From a virus, in IMG/VR virus record IMGVR_UViG_3300017917_001194, positions 1-64,000 of that record: a stretch of 64,000 nt of DNA; one strand, given 5' to 3'. Under the pieces are notes generated by a model, which saw only the letters and a list, made by a program, of their open reading frames with translations, was not told the DNA's origin and searched no databases. Every line of letters begins with the position of its first letter. Within the stretch, counting starts at the first letter, position 1. The position numbers were made by a program, and so were the translations under genes. This document shows positions 1 through 11,041 of the stretch, in pieces.

Positions 1-174
1 TTAATTGATTATTTGGACATAGTAAAAACTCCGCACAGTGAAGCGTTTGAACGGCCTAAGCTATTAAATGATTTCAAACAATTTTACACACAATACGATC
101 AGCGTAGAAATAAAGATTTTATCGCTACGTTTCCAGCATTAACAGAATGGTATGAGTCAATACAAGTACAATAG
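1..174 (+). CDS. C-terminal fragment of a probable radical SAM protein (starts before window)
   Basis: Open frame from base 1 to TAG 172-174 (LIDYLD...YDQRRNKDFIATFPALTEWY), resembling the C-termini of the following radical SAM paralogues. Confidence 0.6.
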   Translation, partial: LIDYLDIVKTPHSEAFERPKLLNDFKQFYTQYDQRRNKDFIATFPALTEWYESIQVQ

Positions 175-1414
175 CACAGACTTAGTACGGTCCACGGATC
201 TTACAACAGAAGAAGAATTCTTGCTAAAAGAAAGCAAGACATTCTGCATCTATCCTTGGATACACTTACACGCTTATCCTACGGGCGAAGCATATCCTTG
301 CTGTCATGCTGAAATGGGTGTAGGACAAGTGGGCAACTGCCGTGAAAAATCACTAGAAGAAATCTGGTATGATGAGCCCATGAACAAGCTACGATATAAT
401 ATGATTCATGATATTCGCTCAGACGCTTGTGCTCGTTGTTATGAACAAGAGGAATCAGGTTTCTTTTCGGGTCGCAAGAGTGCTAATAAACATCACGGGC
501 ACAATATCAAACGCCTGGGCGATCAAGAATTTAGAATGACCTACTGGGATATTCGTTTTAGTAACTTATGTAATTTAAGTTGCCGTAGCTGTGGACATAT
601 ATTCAGCTCAAGCTGGTATCAGGATCAAGCACAATTAGCTGGGCCAGAATGGACTAAACATAATTCAGTATTGAATTTTGCTGGACGTACAGAAATAGAC
701 ATGTGGGAACAATTAAAGCCACATTTAGATTATGTAGAGCAAATATACTTTGCCGGCGGTGAACCTTTAATGATGAAAGAGCATTATCTAATATTAGAAG
801 AATTAGAGCGCAGAGGGCGTTTTGATGTACGTTTAATTTATAATACAAACTTCACACAAACACGCTTAAAAGACCGCTGGGTATTTGATTATTGGAAGAA
901 GTTCGATTCAGTGGCAGTAGGCGCAAGTTTAGACGCCATGGGCCCACGTGCTGAATACATACGCAAAGGTACTAACTGGGCCACCGTAGAAGACAATCGT
1001 CGGCGTATGCAAGACACTTGTCCAAATGTAGATTTTTATATTAGTCCTACACTAAGCATAATGAACGCAGAACATTTACCCGAATTCCACCGCACATGGG
1101 TAGATCAGGGTTTAATTCGTGCTCAAGACTTAAATGTAAACATACTACAAGATCCTGCACATTATAGAATTGATATTGCTCCTACAGCGTATAAAGCTCG
1201 ACTAGCTGAATTATATCAAGAACATATTGCGTGGTTAAAACCGCAAGATCAATTACAACGTGCTACAGTAGGATTTGAATCAGCAATTAAATTCATGCTG
1301 GCCACAGACAATACCAAATTAATTCCAAAGTTTTGGGAAAAGACTTTTCAATTAGATCGTATAAGAAAAGAAAGTGCTTTATCTATTATTCCAGAATTGG
1401 CGAATTTAGCATGA
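152..1414 (+). CDS. Radical SAM protein with N-terminal SPASM/twitch-like domain
   Basis: CNLSCRSC (CxxxCxxC), FAGGEP, N-terminal FCIYPW...PCC...CARC. Confidence 0.85.
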   Translation: MSQYKYNSTDLVRSTDLTTEEEFLLKESKTFCIYPWIHLHAYPTGEAYPCCHAEMGVGQVGNCREKSLEEIWYDEPMNKLRYNMIHDIRSDACARCYEQEESGFFSGRKSANKHHGHNIKRLGDQEFRMTYWDIRFSNLCNLSCRSCGHIFSSSWYQDQAQLAGPEWTKHNSVLNFAGRTEIDMWEQLKPHLDYVEQIYFAGGEPLMMKEHYLILEELERRGRFDVRLIYNTNFTQTRLKDRWVFDYWKKFDSVAVGASLDAMGPRAEYIRKGTNWATVEDNRRRMQDTCPNVDFYISPTLSIMNAEHLPEFHRTWVDQGLIRAQDLNVNILQDPAHYRIDIAPTAYKARLAELYQEHIAWLKPQDQLQRATVGFESAIKFMLATDNTKLIPKFWEKTFQLDRIRKESALSIIPELANLA

Positions 1415-2610
1415 ATGTACCACACGATAAATTCTGCCCGCTACCTTGGATTAGTTTAGAAGCGTCGCCTATAGGCACTGTACGTCCTTGTTGTCTAGCT
1501 GACGATGAAATAGTAGATGATTTTGGCAACAAGTGTCGTTTGAACACACATGACTTTGCCACAATAAGAAACACTTATCACATGCGTGAGTTAAGAACGC
1601 AGTTTCTCAACGGTCTACAACCTGCTACATGTCGTCGTTGTTGGGCAGAAGAAGACGCTGGTCGCACAAGCAAACGCATGCACACACTAGATCGTTTAAA
1701 ACATTTACCCGTTGAGTCTTTTACTGAAGAAATACAACCGTTAATGTTTATTGATTTTAAACTGGGTAATATTTGCAATTTAAAATGTCGTATATGCGGA
1801 TCGTGGAGTTCAAGTACCTATGCCGCAGAAGAATTAAAGTTTACAGACAAGCCTAAGGAATCATTTCACTATACTATGTTACGTGAAGGCGCATGGCCGC
1901 GCACGAGTACAGAGTTCTGGACAGAGTTAGAGCAGTATAAAGATCAACTACGCTACTTAGAATTTACCGGCGGTGAGCCCTTTATGATTCAGGAGCACTT
2001 TGATTTATTAAAAGAATTAGCTGAACAGGGTTACGCAGATAATATTGACATACACTATAACACCAATGGTACTCTATTTCCAGAATATGCAGAAGCTATA
2101 TGGAGCCATTTCAAGCATGTAGAAATTGCTTTTAGTATAGATGACGTAGGCGCTCGTTTTGAATATCAACGTTCGGGTGCTCGCTGGGATCAAGTACAGG
2201 CTAACATAGATAGTTTTATTGCCATGCGTGACCGTAATACAAATATTAGTTTACAAGTCTGTTCGACTGTTAATGTGTTCAATGTTTATTATTTAAAAGA
2301 CGTTGCTGACTGGATTTATTCCAGAGATTTTGATTTTGTCTATTGGAATATGCTACACGATGCACCGCAGTTTAACATAGCTAATTTGCCATGGGCTGTT
2401 AAAATGGCCATTAGTGATCATTTAACCGAACAAGAATTTAATCCTAAGTGCCGTCAAGATATTGCTCGCATTATATTGTTTATGAATCGCACTCAAGGAA
2501 CAGACGGATCAGCGTTAATTGAAAGCATACGCCTGGTCGATCAACGTAGAAATGAAAGTTTAAACACAGTGGCACCAGAACTTGCAGGATTATTGAATTA
2601 TGACCGTTAA
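1411..2610 (+). CDS. Radical SAM protein with SPASM/twitch-like domain
   Basis: CNLKCRIC, FTGGEP, FCPLPW..PCC..CRRC; start moved to ATG 1411 (ATGA overlap). Confidence 0.85.
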   Translation: MNVPHDKFCPLPWISLEASPIGTVRPCCLADDEIVDDFGNKCRLNTHDFATIRNTYHMRELRTQFLNGLQPATCRRCWAEEDAGRTSKRMHTLDRLKHLPVESFTEEIQPLMFIDFKLGNICNLKCRICGSWSSSTYAAEELKFTDKPKESFHYTMLREGAWPRTSTEFWTELEQYKDQLRYLEFTGGEPFMIQEHFDLLKELAEQGYADNIDIHYNTNGTLFPEYAEAIWSHFKHVEIAFSIDDVGARFEYQRSGARWDQVQANIDSFIAMRDRNTNISLQVCSTVNVFNVYYLKDVADWIYSRDFDFVYWNMLHDAPQFNIANLPWAVKMAISDHLTEQEFNPKCRQDIARIILFMNRTQGTDGSALIESIRLVDQRRNESLNTVAPELAGLLNYDR

Positions 2611-3544
2611 ACAACGACTACTGTACAATCCAGAATATTGGACCAATTTAACCACGTTCTTTTTAGAACCCATTTGGGATGAATATTTTGAGCGTGTGCC
2701 TATTGTTGCGGGACAAACATACAGCACTGCTGAATACACTGTATATGCTAATTTTTTAACAGCTAATCAGTGGATTAAACCCTATCAAGAGCAAGGATTT
2801 AACATAGTAATTGATCATTTATGGGATACCTGGGTCGAAGATGAATTTGTGTCTACAGATCAGACTCTGGTCTTGCGTAATGTCAATTGGTCTTGGTACA
2901 ACGAAAGTTTATGGTATACTGCACTAGGTTACAGTACATATCAACCCAATCGACGACCCGATAAATCATTCCTTATGCTAATGAATTTACCAAGACCGCA
3001 TAGAGATAGTATATTTGAACAGCTTAAAGATTATTTAAATCAGGCCATTTACAGTTATCACGGACAAGGCATAGAATTGCAAAATGGTCAGGATATGTCT
3101 AAAAATGAAACGACCTGGCAACGATACAGTAATCCAGACTGGTATGATCACACGCACTTTAGCGTGGTTGTAGAATCGAGTTTACAAAACAATCCAATGG
3201 CGCACTCAGAAAAGTCCTACAAGCCCATGGCATTTTATCATCCAACAATCACTTGGGGTCCAGCTGGTTTACTTGAATATTTAAAAACACAAGGATTTGA
3301 AACTTTTGCTCATCGAATTGATGAAAGCTACGATCAGGAACAAGATCATGTACAACGATTAAATCAAGTTTGTGCCAGTGTAGTTGAGTTAATTGATCAA
3401 CTAGATCGAGACCCAGGGTATCTAACTGACGCACAAACGCAACAAATAATCAAACATAATCACAATCATTTTTATAATCAGGATTTAATTCGCCAGCGAT
3501 TTAAACAAGAGATTATTGACCCAATTAAGGAGTTTGCACAATGA
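2600..3544 (+). CDS. Putative glycosyltransferase-like protein (GT10-like C-terminus)
   Basis: VVES...SEKSYKP...GFETF...IDESYD motif shared with 8740-9939 and 9929-11041. Confidence 0.5.
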   Translation: MTVKQRLLYNPEYWTNLTTFFLEPIWDEYFERVPIVAGQTYSTAEYTVYANFLTANQWIKPYQEQGFNIVIDHLWDTWVEDEFVSTDQTLVLRNVNWSWYNESLWYTALGYSTYQPNRRPDKSFLMLMNLPRPHRDSIFEQLKDYLNQAIYSYHGQGIELQNGQDMSKNETTWQRYSNPDWYDHTHFSVVVESSLQNNPMAHSEKSYKPMAFYHPTITWGPAGLLEYLKTQGFETFAHRIDESYDQEQDHVQRLNQVCASVVELIDQLDRDPGYLTDAQTQQIIKHNHNHFYNQDLIRQRFKQEIIDPIKEFAQ

Positions 3545-4215
3545 CACAAGTGTTAATTGGCAGTCGCGGTGTCATTGGGCAAAGCCTACTCGAACAACAG
3601 TCATTTGACTTAGTGTTTAACAGTGACAATATACAAGACATGACCAATGGCACATATAGCCGGGTTATTTGTGCCGCACCGTCGGGTAATAGATTGGCAA
3701 TAAATCGCGGAGAAATCGACGATCTATCTCAGGTTAAACAAATTGCACAAGTGCTTGACTCATGCTCGATTGGCCAATTGGTATTAATTAGTACTGTGGA
3801 TGTTATAACAGATCCTACTAGCACGTACGGCGCCAACAGACTACACTTAGAAGCTTGTGTACAACAACATGCAAACCATTATATACTGCGCTTGTGTACG
3901 CTGGTTGGACAACATATTAAAAAGAACATGTTATTTGATTTAACAAATAATTTGTATATTGATAAAATCGACGGCCAGGCGCAATTACAGTGGTGCATAT
4001 TAGATGATATTGTTAATCAACTCAAACTAGCAGAAAAGAATAACACACGCACGGTTAACTTAGTTAGTGAACCTATTGTCAATGAAAAAATAGCTGAACA
4101 ATTTTTTCCTGAGGTTAAATTAACAGCATTTGATACTAATAAAAAATATAATCTAACTCCTTATGTTTATACACAACAGCAAATATTTACGGCCATTGAA
4201 AGATATTTAAAATGA
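3541..4215 (+). CDS. NAD-dependent epimerase/dehydratase-like (SDR) protein
   Basis: GSRGVIG Rossmann motif, ISTVDV, YGANR. Confidence 0.65.
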   Translation: MTQVLIGSRGVIGQSLLEQQSFDLVFNSDNIQDMTNGTYSRVICAAPSGNRLAINRGEIDDLSQVKQIAQVLDSCSIGQLVLISTVDVITDPTSTYGANRLHLEACVQQHANHYILRLCTLVGQHIKKNMLFDLTNNLYIDKIDGQAQLQWCILDDIVNQLKLAEKNNTRTVNLVSEPIVNEKIAEQFFPEVKLTAFDTNKKYNLTPYVYTQQQIFTAIERYLK

Positions 4216-4811
4216 TTTATATTTGCGGAGATAGCTTTGGCGTAAGTGATCGAGATTATGGTCCATGTTGGGTGGACTTGTTGCGCGAGCGTGTGAACCA
4301 GCCTGTGATTAATTTAAGTCAAGTGTGTGCAAGTAATTTAATGATAGCTCAACAGGTAGATCAAGCTCACGCGGCTGATTGGGTAATTGTTCTGTTCACA
4401 GCGTCAACTCGCGGAGAAACTGTCGTCGACGATCGTGTTATTCCTTACAGCATACATAGTTTAGATCATACTACTCCATTTAATAACAATCAATTAAACA
4501 TATTAAAAGAATATACTGCGGAATTCTTTAATTTATCTTTGGAAATATATCGAAATCAATGTATAATAGAATCAGTATTACAGCGATTAGTTGACCGCGG
4601 GCAAAAGTTTTTATTCGACCAAGGTGGTTTTGAACACCCAAGTTTTGGTGGGGCAACAGATTATTTTAAAAAATATGCTGAATATCGCAGTGCGATTAAT
4701 TTATGGGATTATGCTCAAACGAGAGAATATAGACCTTATTATCATATAACAGATATCAGCGTACACCAAATGGTTGCTGACTATTATAAAGGAAAAATCA
4801 ATGAAATCTGA
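4212..4811 (+). CDS. SGNH/GDSL-like hydrolase or acyltransferase
   Basis: N-terminal CGDSF motif and C-terminal His residues. Confidence 0.5.
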   Translation: MIYICGDSFGVSDRDYGPCWVDLLRERVNQPVINLSQVCASNLMIAQQVDQAHAADWVIVLFTASTRGETVVDDRVIPYSIHSLDHTTPFNNNQLNILKEYTAEFFNLSLEIYRNQCIIESVLQRLVDRGQKFLFDQGGFEHPSFGGATDYFKKYAEYRSAINLWDYAQTREYRPYYHITDISVHQMVADYYKGKINEI

Positions 4812-6099
4812 CAGCTTTTGTATGGCGCCTTGGGTGCATACATATCTAAGCCCACAAACAGAACGACGCATGTGCTGTGCCAGTAGAGAACCTGCACAAT
4901 CATTTAAACAATATATAGACACTGATGCTGGTACTGGTACATATAATCCGCAAACGTTAGAAGAATGGTGGAATGGTGAACACATGCGTTCAGTGCGTGT
5001 GCGTATGATACGTGGAGAAACATTGCCAGAGTGTGAAGTATGCAACAATAAGCTACTGAACACAGACGTTTACAGGAGTTATTTCTGGCACCTGTTCGGT
5101 CATAATTATTTACAAGTGGTATCAACAACTGACTGGAATACAGGTCATTATAAAGGGGTACCAGTAAGTTGGGATTACAGGTTTAGTAACTTGTGTAATT
5201 TCAAATGCCGTACATGCGGTGATATGTTGTCAAGTGCGTGGGAGTCTGAACAACGTCAACATAATATGATTAACTGGCATGATCCAAAGAATAATTGGAT
5301 GCAACCAGAAGTAAGAAAGGAAATAACCCGTTTCCAAGATGAGCAAATAGAAGCTGAATTTGCTCGCGCTGTGGAAGAACACTGTGTAAAAGAAGTATAT
5401 TGGGTAGGCGGAGAGCCCTTGATGTACGAACAACACTGGCGTTATATGCAACGCATAATTGAGCTAGGCGACGGGCCTAATGTATATGCACGTTACAACA
5501 CCAATTTATCTAGGGTTAACTATAAAGGCGTTGACTTATTTGACGACATTCTTAGCGGGATTCGTGACTGGCAGATATGTGCGTCGCTCGACGGAACGGG
5601 CCGCATTGGAGAATATATTAGAACAGGACTTGCGTATGATCAATGGCTTCAAAACTACCGTAGAGCAGTTGAAGCAAGACGTTACGGACGCCAAGTCAGA
5701 ATTGACTTCACTCTCACCCTCCCAGGTCTATTCTCCATCAATGAAATCCTACAACTTGCTCATGAAACTAGTTCGGAAATCCTGGCTAAAGTAATATTCA
5801 GCTTTAGTCCGGACATCATCCTAAGCCCATTGGCACTGCCACGCAAGTTACTAGACAAGAAGGTCGATAGTCTAGTAACAGCTTGCCCAGATGGCGCACT
5901 TAAAGACGTCTTATTACAATTAAAATCACGCCCAACATTTGAAGAACAATGGCCCGATATTTGTCAAGAGGGTTTAATCAAGGGCAAACAGCGTATACAA
6001 CAGCTAGAACGCATACGTGAGGACACTTACACACTTGCGGATATATTAGAGGAAGATCCAGAAATAGCCGAATGGTATGAAAATATTAGATCAAATTGA
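4801..6099 (+). CDS. Radical SAM protein with SPASM/twitch-like domain
   Basis: CNFKCRTC, VGGEP, FCMAPW..MCC..CEVC; AAGGA upstream of ATG 4801. Confidence 0.85.
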   Translation: MKSDSFCMAPWVHTYLSPQTERRMCCASREPAQSFKQYIDTDAGTGTYNPQTLEEWWNGEHMRSVRVRMIRGETLPECEVCNNKLLNTDVYRSYFWHLFGHNYLQVVSTTDWNTGHYKGVPVSWDYRFSNLCNFKCRTCGDMLSSAWESEQRQHNMINWHDPKNNWMQPEVRKEITRFQDEQIEAEFARAVEEHCVKEVYWVGGEPLMYEQHWRYMQRIIELGDGPNVYARYNTNLSRVNYKGVDLFDDILSGIRDWQICASLDGTGRIGEYIRTGLAYDQWLQNYRRAVEARRYGRQVRIDFTLTLPGLFSINEILQLAHETSSEILAKVIFSFSPDIILSPLALPRKLLDKKVDSLVTACPDGALKDVLLQLKSRPTFEEQWPDICQEGLIKGKQRIQQLERIREDTYTLADILEEDPEIAEWYENIRSN

Positions 6100-7186
6100 A
6101 ATCGATTACGGCACTGCCGACAATCACATTACAGCTTATATTGACATTTGGGACCATAATTTAAGTCGTAAATGGCTTGCGGCATTAAATGAATTATTAC
6201 GCAAGAATTATCACTTAGAAAAGAATTACTGCTTTTTTGGTTGGGCTGATGGTGAGCGAAATGGTCCGCTAATTGTCGATCAAATTAATTCAAGCATAGC
6301 GGCTATCAATTCCGCTAACCTAGGCTATACAATTGATGATTATTTTACATTAGATAACAGTTTATTACCAGGAGAAATGATTCCTGAACATTTACTCAGC
6401 GTAGGGCAAAGACAGTCACCGCCGGGGGATATTAACAGAGAACATTTTAATAACTTACATCGCTACTTTGAAGATTTACAAGGCGTAAGCGGACAGATGA
6501 GTCCGTACTACGAACGTGCTGATGCAACCACACGCTGGCACATACGTCAATTAAACTTGTTATGTCACGAGTTTGAAAGCTGGGCATTAAGCTATAGAAA
6601 GAAATACACCGCTCCAGACTGGCAAAGGCCCAGTCAATTAATGTGCTGGTTAAATGCTCCACGCTTTAATTTAACCCAAGACGATTATGAGATGTTTGGT
6701 ATAGAATCGATTAGTCGTTCAACAGGTGGTGTGTATGTAGGAGTAAACAAAGCCATTGGCAAGCACCATTGGGAAGTGTTTGTAGACGAAGCAAATTATG
6801 ATCCTACTGTTAAAATAGATAATCTAACTACAACTACCATGCGTGGGCAATTAGAAGCCGCCGGAGACTTTGATATCGAGTGGGGACAAAATCCTGCCGG
6901 ACACGAGTGGCAACAGCGTCATTTAGCAGACTTTAGAACTTGGTTGATTAACAACGGATTTGATCCTAACGATAAGTCACTTACTATAGGACACCCGCAA
7001 GTTGGTCAGGTTGACTTACAGCGTACATTTGGCACAGACAATCACCAAGCAATTTGGGCACAACTAAGCCGGCATCTTAACGTATGGCAGATAAAAACGA
7101 GCACAGTAGAAAATCAGTATAATTATACATGGAGCGATGATAATTTCATTGATCTCCAAGTCGAACGAATAATCAAAGGAAATTAA
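6077..7186 (+). CDS. Hypothetical protein
   Basis: 369-aa ORF coupled within operon. Confidence 0.7.
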   Translation: MKILDQIEIDYGTADNHITAYIDIWDHNLSRKWLAALNELLRKNYHLEKNYCFFGWADGERNGPLIVDQINSSIAAINSANLGYTIDDYFTLDNSLLPGEMIPEHLLSVGQRQSPPGDINREHFNNLHRYFEDLQGVSGQMSPYYERADATTRWHIRQLNLLCHEFESWALSYRKKYTAPDWQRPSQLMCWLNAPRFNLTQDDYEMFGIESISRSTGGVYVGVNKAIGKHHWEVFVDEANYDPTVKIDNLTTTTMRGQLEAAGDFDIEWGQNPAGHEWQQRHLADFRTWLINNGFDPNDKSLTIGHPQVGQVDLQRTFGTDNHQAIWAQLSRHLNVWQIKTSTVENQYNYTWSDDNFIDLQVERIIKGN

Positions 7187-7288
7187 ATGCAGTGGATTAA
7201 GAATCTATATAATCGTATTCTATTGGAAATACGTTATAGAAAGAAATTAAAAGAATTACGCAAACGCGACCCATTTATCTATAAATGA
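7187..7288 (+). CDS. 33-aa basic micro-protein MQWIKNLYNRILLEIRYRKKLKELRKRDPFIYK
   Basis: Fills gap exactly; AAGGA upstream; TGA overlaps carbamoyltransferase ATG. Confidence 0.65.
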   Translation: MQWIKNLYNRILLEIRYRKKLKELRKRDPFIYK

Positions 7289-8766
7289 AATATCATTTAG
7301 GAATAAGCGCCGGGTTTCATGACGCGGCTGTAGCAGTTGTTAGCGAATCTGGTGATATATCATTTGCCGCTCACTCTGAACGCTACAGTAAAATAAAGAA
7401 TGACAGTCATTTAAATGAGCAGTTGCTGGCTGAGTTATGCAATTATGACTTTAAGACTATTAATTATTATGAGCGGGCTTGGTTACATAACCTGCGTTTG
7501 TTATATACAGGACAAAATGGCATAGGCTCCTGGACTACCAGTGGCATATTAAAAGAACATCTAGGCTCTTGGTATAAACATCCAGCAAAGGAAAAGAGTT
7601 GGCCACATCATTTATCGCATGCGGCATCGGGCTTTCAAACATCACCATTTGATCGTGCCACAGTTGTAGTCATTGACGCTATAGGTGAGTTTGACACAGT
7701 TAGCATCTGGGGAGCAGAATATGATAGCAAAGGTCGTGCAACGTATAAGAAGCTTTGGGGCCAAAAATATCCGCACTCGTTGGGTTTATTTTATTCAGCA
7801 ATTACCAAGCGTGTGGGCCTACACCCACTAGACGAAGAATACATTACCATGGGCATGGCTGCCTGGGGTAACCCGCATTGGACGGGTAAAATGTACGATG
7901 ATTTAATTGTAGATCCAGCAGAAGTAACATTTACACAAAATTTACACTTAGGATTGGAAGAACATTGGTTAGATGCCGCTAGTGATGTGGACATAGCTAG
8001 TTCGGCACAATACTTGTTAGAAAGTTTAATATACGAAATAATGACACGAGCTGTTAAATTAGGGTGGAGCAGAAATTTAGTATATCAAGGTGGGGTAGCA
8101 CTCAATTGTTTGGCCAATAGAAACTTAGGTGCATACTTTGATCGTATATGGATCATGCCCAACCCAGGAGATGCTGGCAGTAGTTTAGGAGCAGCCGCAC
8201 TGGCATACGGACGTAAGCTCAACTGGACTGATGCTAACTTAGGCCACAATATACCGGGCGATTATCCATCTAATGCTTGTCTTGATTACTTACTGCGCGA
8301 CGGCATTGTGGGCGTGGCTAGTGGACGTGCAGAGTTTGGTCCTCGTGCCCTGGGTAATAGAAGTTTATTAGCTGATCCACGTGGACCAGAAATAAAGGAC
8401 ATGGTAAATGCGATCAAACGACGACAACAATTTAGGCCGTTCGCTCCAGTTATTCTAGCCGAGCATGTTCACGATTATTTTGATGTTCCCCGCGGTTTTG
8501 TCAGCACCGATTATATGCAAGTGGTTGCTCGATGCCGCTATCCCGATCTTTTCCCGGCTATAGTACATGTGGATGGAACCAGCCGAGTTCAAACAGTTCC
8601 TAAGAATTCGTCGGGCATACGTGATTTGTTAGAGAAATGGTTAGTATTAACTGACTGCCCTATGTTGCTTAATACAAGTTTAAACATACGTGGCGAGCCC
8701 ATGGTAAATGATCGTGCAGACGCTGATCGTTTTGAACGTTTATATGGCGTTAAGGTCTGTAGCTAA
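7285..8766 (+). CDS. O-carbamoyltransferase (NodU/CmcH/TobZ family)
   Basis: HDAA, ERYSKIKND, HHLSHAAS, GGVALNC, EFGPRALGNRS, FRPFAP, LNTSLN motifs. Confidence 0.92.
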   Translation: MKYHLGISAGFHDAAVAVVSESGDISFAAHSERYSKIKNDSHLNEQLLAELCNYDFKTINYYERAWLHNLRLLYTGQNGIGSWTTSGILKEHLGSWYKHPAKEKSWPHHLSHAASGFQTSPFDRATVVVIDAIGEFDTVSIWGAEYDSKGRATYKKLWGQKYPHSLGLFYSAITKRVGLHPLDEEYITMGMAAWGNPHWTGKMYDDLIVDPAEVTFTQNLHLGLEEHWLDAASDVDIASSAQYLLESLIYEIMTRAVKLGWSRNLVYQGGVALNCLANRNLGAYFDRIWIMPNPGDAGSSLGAAALAYGRKLNWTDANLGHNIPGDYPSNACLDYLLRDGIVGVASGRAEFGPRALGNRSLLADPRGPEIKDMVNAIKRRQQFRPFAPVILAEHVHDYFDVPRGFVSTDYMQVVARCRYPDLFPAIVHVDGTSRVQTVPKNSSGIRDLLEKWLVLTDCPMLLNTSLNIRGEPMVNDRADADRFERLYGVKVCS

Positions 8767-9939
8767 TTGATCTAATCTAGCGTACTTGGCTGTACTGCTA
8801 CAAAACAGTTGTTGATTATATTCTATATCGTCAATTAAATTTACATACCACGTATGTAAATCTATTTTAGATAGTTTATTCACAGTAGAAATTAATCGTA
8901 CAAAGCGTTCGGTATTGTCTAATTCTTTATCATAAGCATTGTCTATATAATCGTCGTAGGTTCTATAACCCAATTCTTTTAATGTAGTTAATGTATTGGC
9001 GGTGCCGAAGATGACAAATGGTTGGGCATGGCGGATGGCTTTAAATGTCTTTTCGCTGATAAATGCACCGCCCGATCCGTCAGCATCAAAAAAGGTTTCT
9101 AATACTAGATTACAATAACTGTCTTCAAATAGTTTACGATCTAGTACCCAGTGACTATTGTGTTCTTCAGCTGTGAGTGTGTCACAAGCATAAGGTGCGT
9201 GGGCTAAGAACTCACGAGCATACTCTTCTAATCCCGGAAAGTCATGTATGCGAATAGGATTATCTGCAAATTGATCATTAATATCAACAGTATTATAACT
9301 CCAATAACTGCGATCCAATAAACCTTGTTTATGAAAGTAACTGACAATAGTGGCTCTGGGCCATTTGTGTATTCTACTAAGCATGGTAAATTGTTTAGAT
9401 CTTGGGTTGGCATGTGCTAGACAACCAGGTTGTGGCTGATCATTCCAAACAACACCATTGCGCCAATAAAACAGCTCATGGTCTGGAAAGTAAACAAAGT
9501 TGTTTAACTGTCGACACGCGGTATTACCCGACACAAACACATAGCAATTTGTAGGTAAGTTGTGTTCAGCGCACAGACTGTCCAGGCGAGCTTTTTCGTG
9601 AGCAGGGTTATCGCCTTCGTGATAATAAAATAACACACGTAATTGATGTTCTTTCAATAACTCACGCACTTGATCGCTCATTAGAGCAAAGTAATCTATG
9701 CTAAAATCAAACCAGCCTATTCCTACCGGATAGTAACTGTTAGTAGGAATAGGTTGGTCAATATAACTAATACCTATAGGATAGTTATGATCATGGCAAT
9801 AGTAGATTAATCTACATGGAATGATCCAAGGGTAAGTGTCGCCCATGCCATGGTAACCATTTGACGCATCCATAGACGGTGCTAGATTAGGGTACGGGCG
9901 GCCATTTTCTTCTCGATCAAAAACAAAATTAAATGCCAT
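8740..9939 (-). CDS. Putative glycosyltransferase-like protein (GT10-like C-terminus)
   Basis: VLET...ISEKTFKAI...PFVIFG...LGYRTY...YD motif. Confidence 0.5.
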   Translation of the reverse strand: MAFNFVFDREENGRPYPNLAPSMDASNGYHGMGDTYPWIIPCRLIYYCHDHNYPIGISYIDQPIPTNSYYPVGIGWFDFSIDYFALMSDQVRELLKEHQLRVLFYYHEGDNPAHEKARLDSLCAEHNLPTNCYVFVSGNTACRQLNNFVYFPDHELFYWRNGVVWNDQPQPGCLAHANPRSKQFTMLSRIHKWPRATIVSYFHKQGLLDRSYWSYNTVDINDQFADNPIRIHDFPGLEEYAREFLAHAPYACDTLTAEEHNSHWVLDRKLFEDSYCNLVLETFFDADGSGGAFISEKTFKAIRHAQPFVIFGTANTLTTLKELGYRTYDDYIDNAYDKELDNTERFVRLISTVNKLSKIDLHTWYVNLIDDIEYNQQLFCSSTAKYARLDQLATDLNAI

Positions 9940-11041
9940 TTAACATGCCCATTAATTCATTCCACAGTATATTAGTCAGTCCATTTGAATAAAAATGATT
10001 GTAATTATGTTCTACAGCAGGTAACATAGCACGATGTAATTGTTCTCGTTCTTTCATACTGAGGCTATTTAACTGTTTTAATAATTGGCAAACCTTTTCT
10101 ATTCGCTGAATATCATTGGTTTCTTCGTCGTATGATTCATCTATTATGTTACCGAATGTCTTAAATCCATACTCACGTAAGTACTCTAAGCTATGTGCCG
10201 GTGCTACTAGTACAAATGGCATTTCTAGTGCAATGGCTTTAAATGTTTTTTCTGTAATATGTGTTCTGCGTCCAAAATATACAGTCTCAGTAGGCACATA
10301 TACCAAACTGTCTGCGGCCTCATCGAAGTTAGTTAACCAACATGAACTCATAACTGGTGTATCTTCACCCGGGAACAAGCGTGGTAAGTCTGCGGCATCA
10401 AATACTTGCTCAATGTCTGCGTATATGTTACAATACTTTTGAGCTACTGTTGAAATATCTACGTTTTCATAAGCACACACTCTGGGCGCCGATATCCAAT
10501 TATACTCTAACTTTTGTTTAAACACATTATACAAGAATAACACACGATGATCACGTTTGCCTGCTACAATACGATTAGGACTGATAAAGGTTTTTGTTGG
10601 CTTACGGTCACGGGCTCTAGCTATTAAAAATGCGCGATCATATCCACGATACCAATCTTGACATGCCCAAGCGTGATAAAAGTAATAGTGTGGAGTCCAC
10701 TCATATCGCTCGCACATACGCTCAACATATTCTCCACGCTCACTTACCACAACATGTCCAAAAGGACGTGGCTTGTTTATACGAGCACCATTATGGTCCC
10801 AAAGGTCGGCGTTGCGTTCAAGAACTTCATCAAACAATGGTCGATGTAAGTCCAACCACACAGGTTCTTGGTCATGAAAGAACACATAGTCTTTATCTTG
10901 AACACTTACAGGACCTAGATTAAATAATGCATCAGGATCAGTTCTACCAGGAGGATCACAGTAAAACAGTCTTGTACCCGGGCGGTTTGTTAACAGCCAA
11001 GGCAAGAACGTGTTATTGTAAATCTCATCTATTCTAATCAT
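9929..11041 (-). CDS. Putative glycosyltransferase-like protein (GT10-like C-terminus)
   Basis: PTET...ITEKTFKAI...PFVLV...GFKTF...IDESYD motif. Confidence 0.5.
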   Translation of the reverse strand: MIRIDEIYNNTFLPWLLTNRPGTRLFYCDPPGRTDPDALFNLGPVSVQDKDYVFFHDQEPVWLDLHRPLFDEVLERNADLWDHNGARINKPRPFGHVVVSERGEYVERMCERYEWTPHYYFYHAWACQDWYRGYDRAFLIARARDRKPTKTFISPNRIVAGKRDHRVLFLYNVFKQKLEYNWISAPRVCAYENVDISTVAQKYCNIYADIEQVFDAADLPRLFPGEDTPVMSSCWLTNFDEAADSLVYVPTETVYFGRRTHITEKTFKAIALEMPFVLVAPAHSLEYLREYGFKTFGNIIDESYDEETNDIQRIEKVCQLLKQLNSLSMKEREQLHRAMLPAVEHNYNHFYSNGLTNILWNELMGMLNGI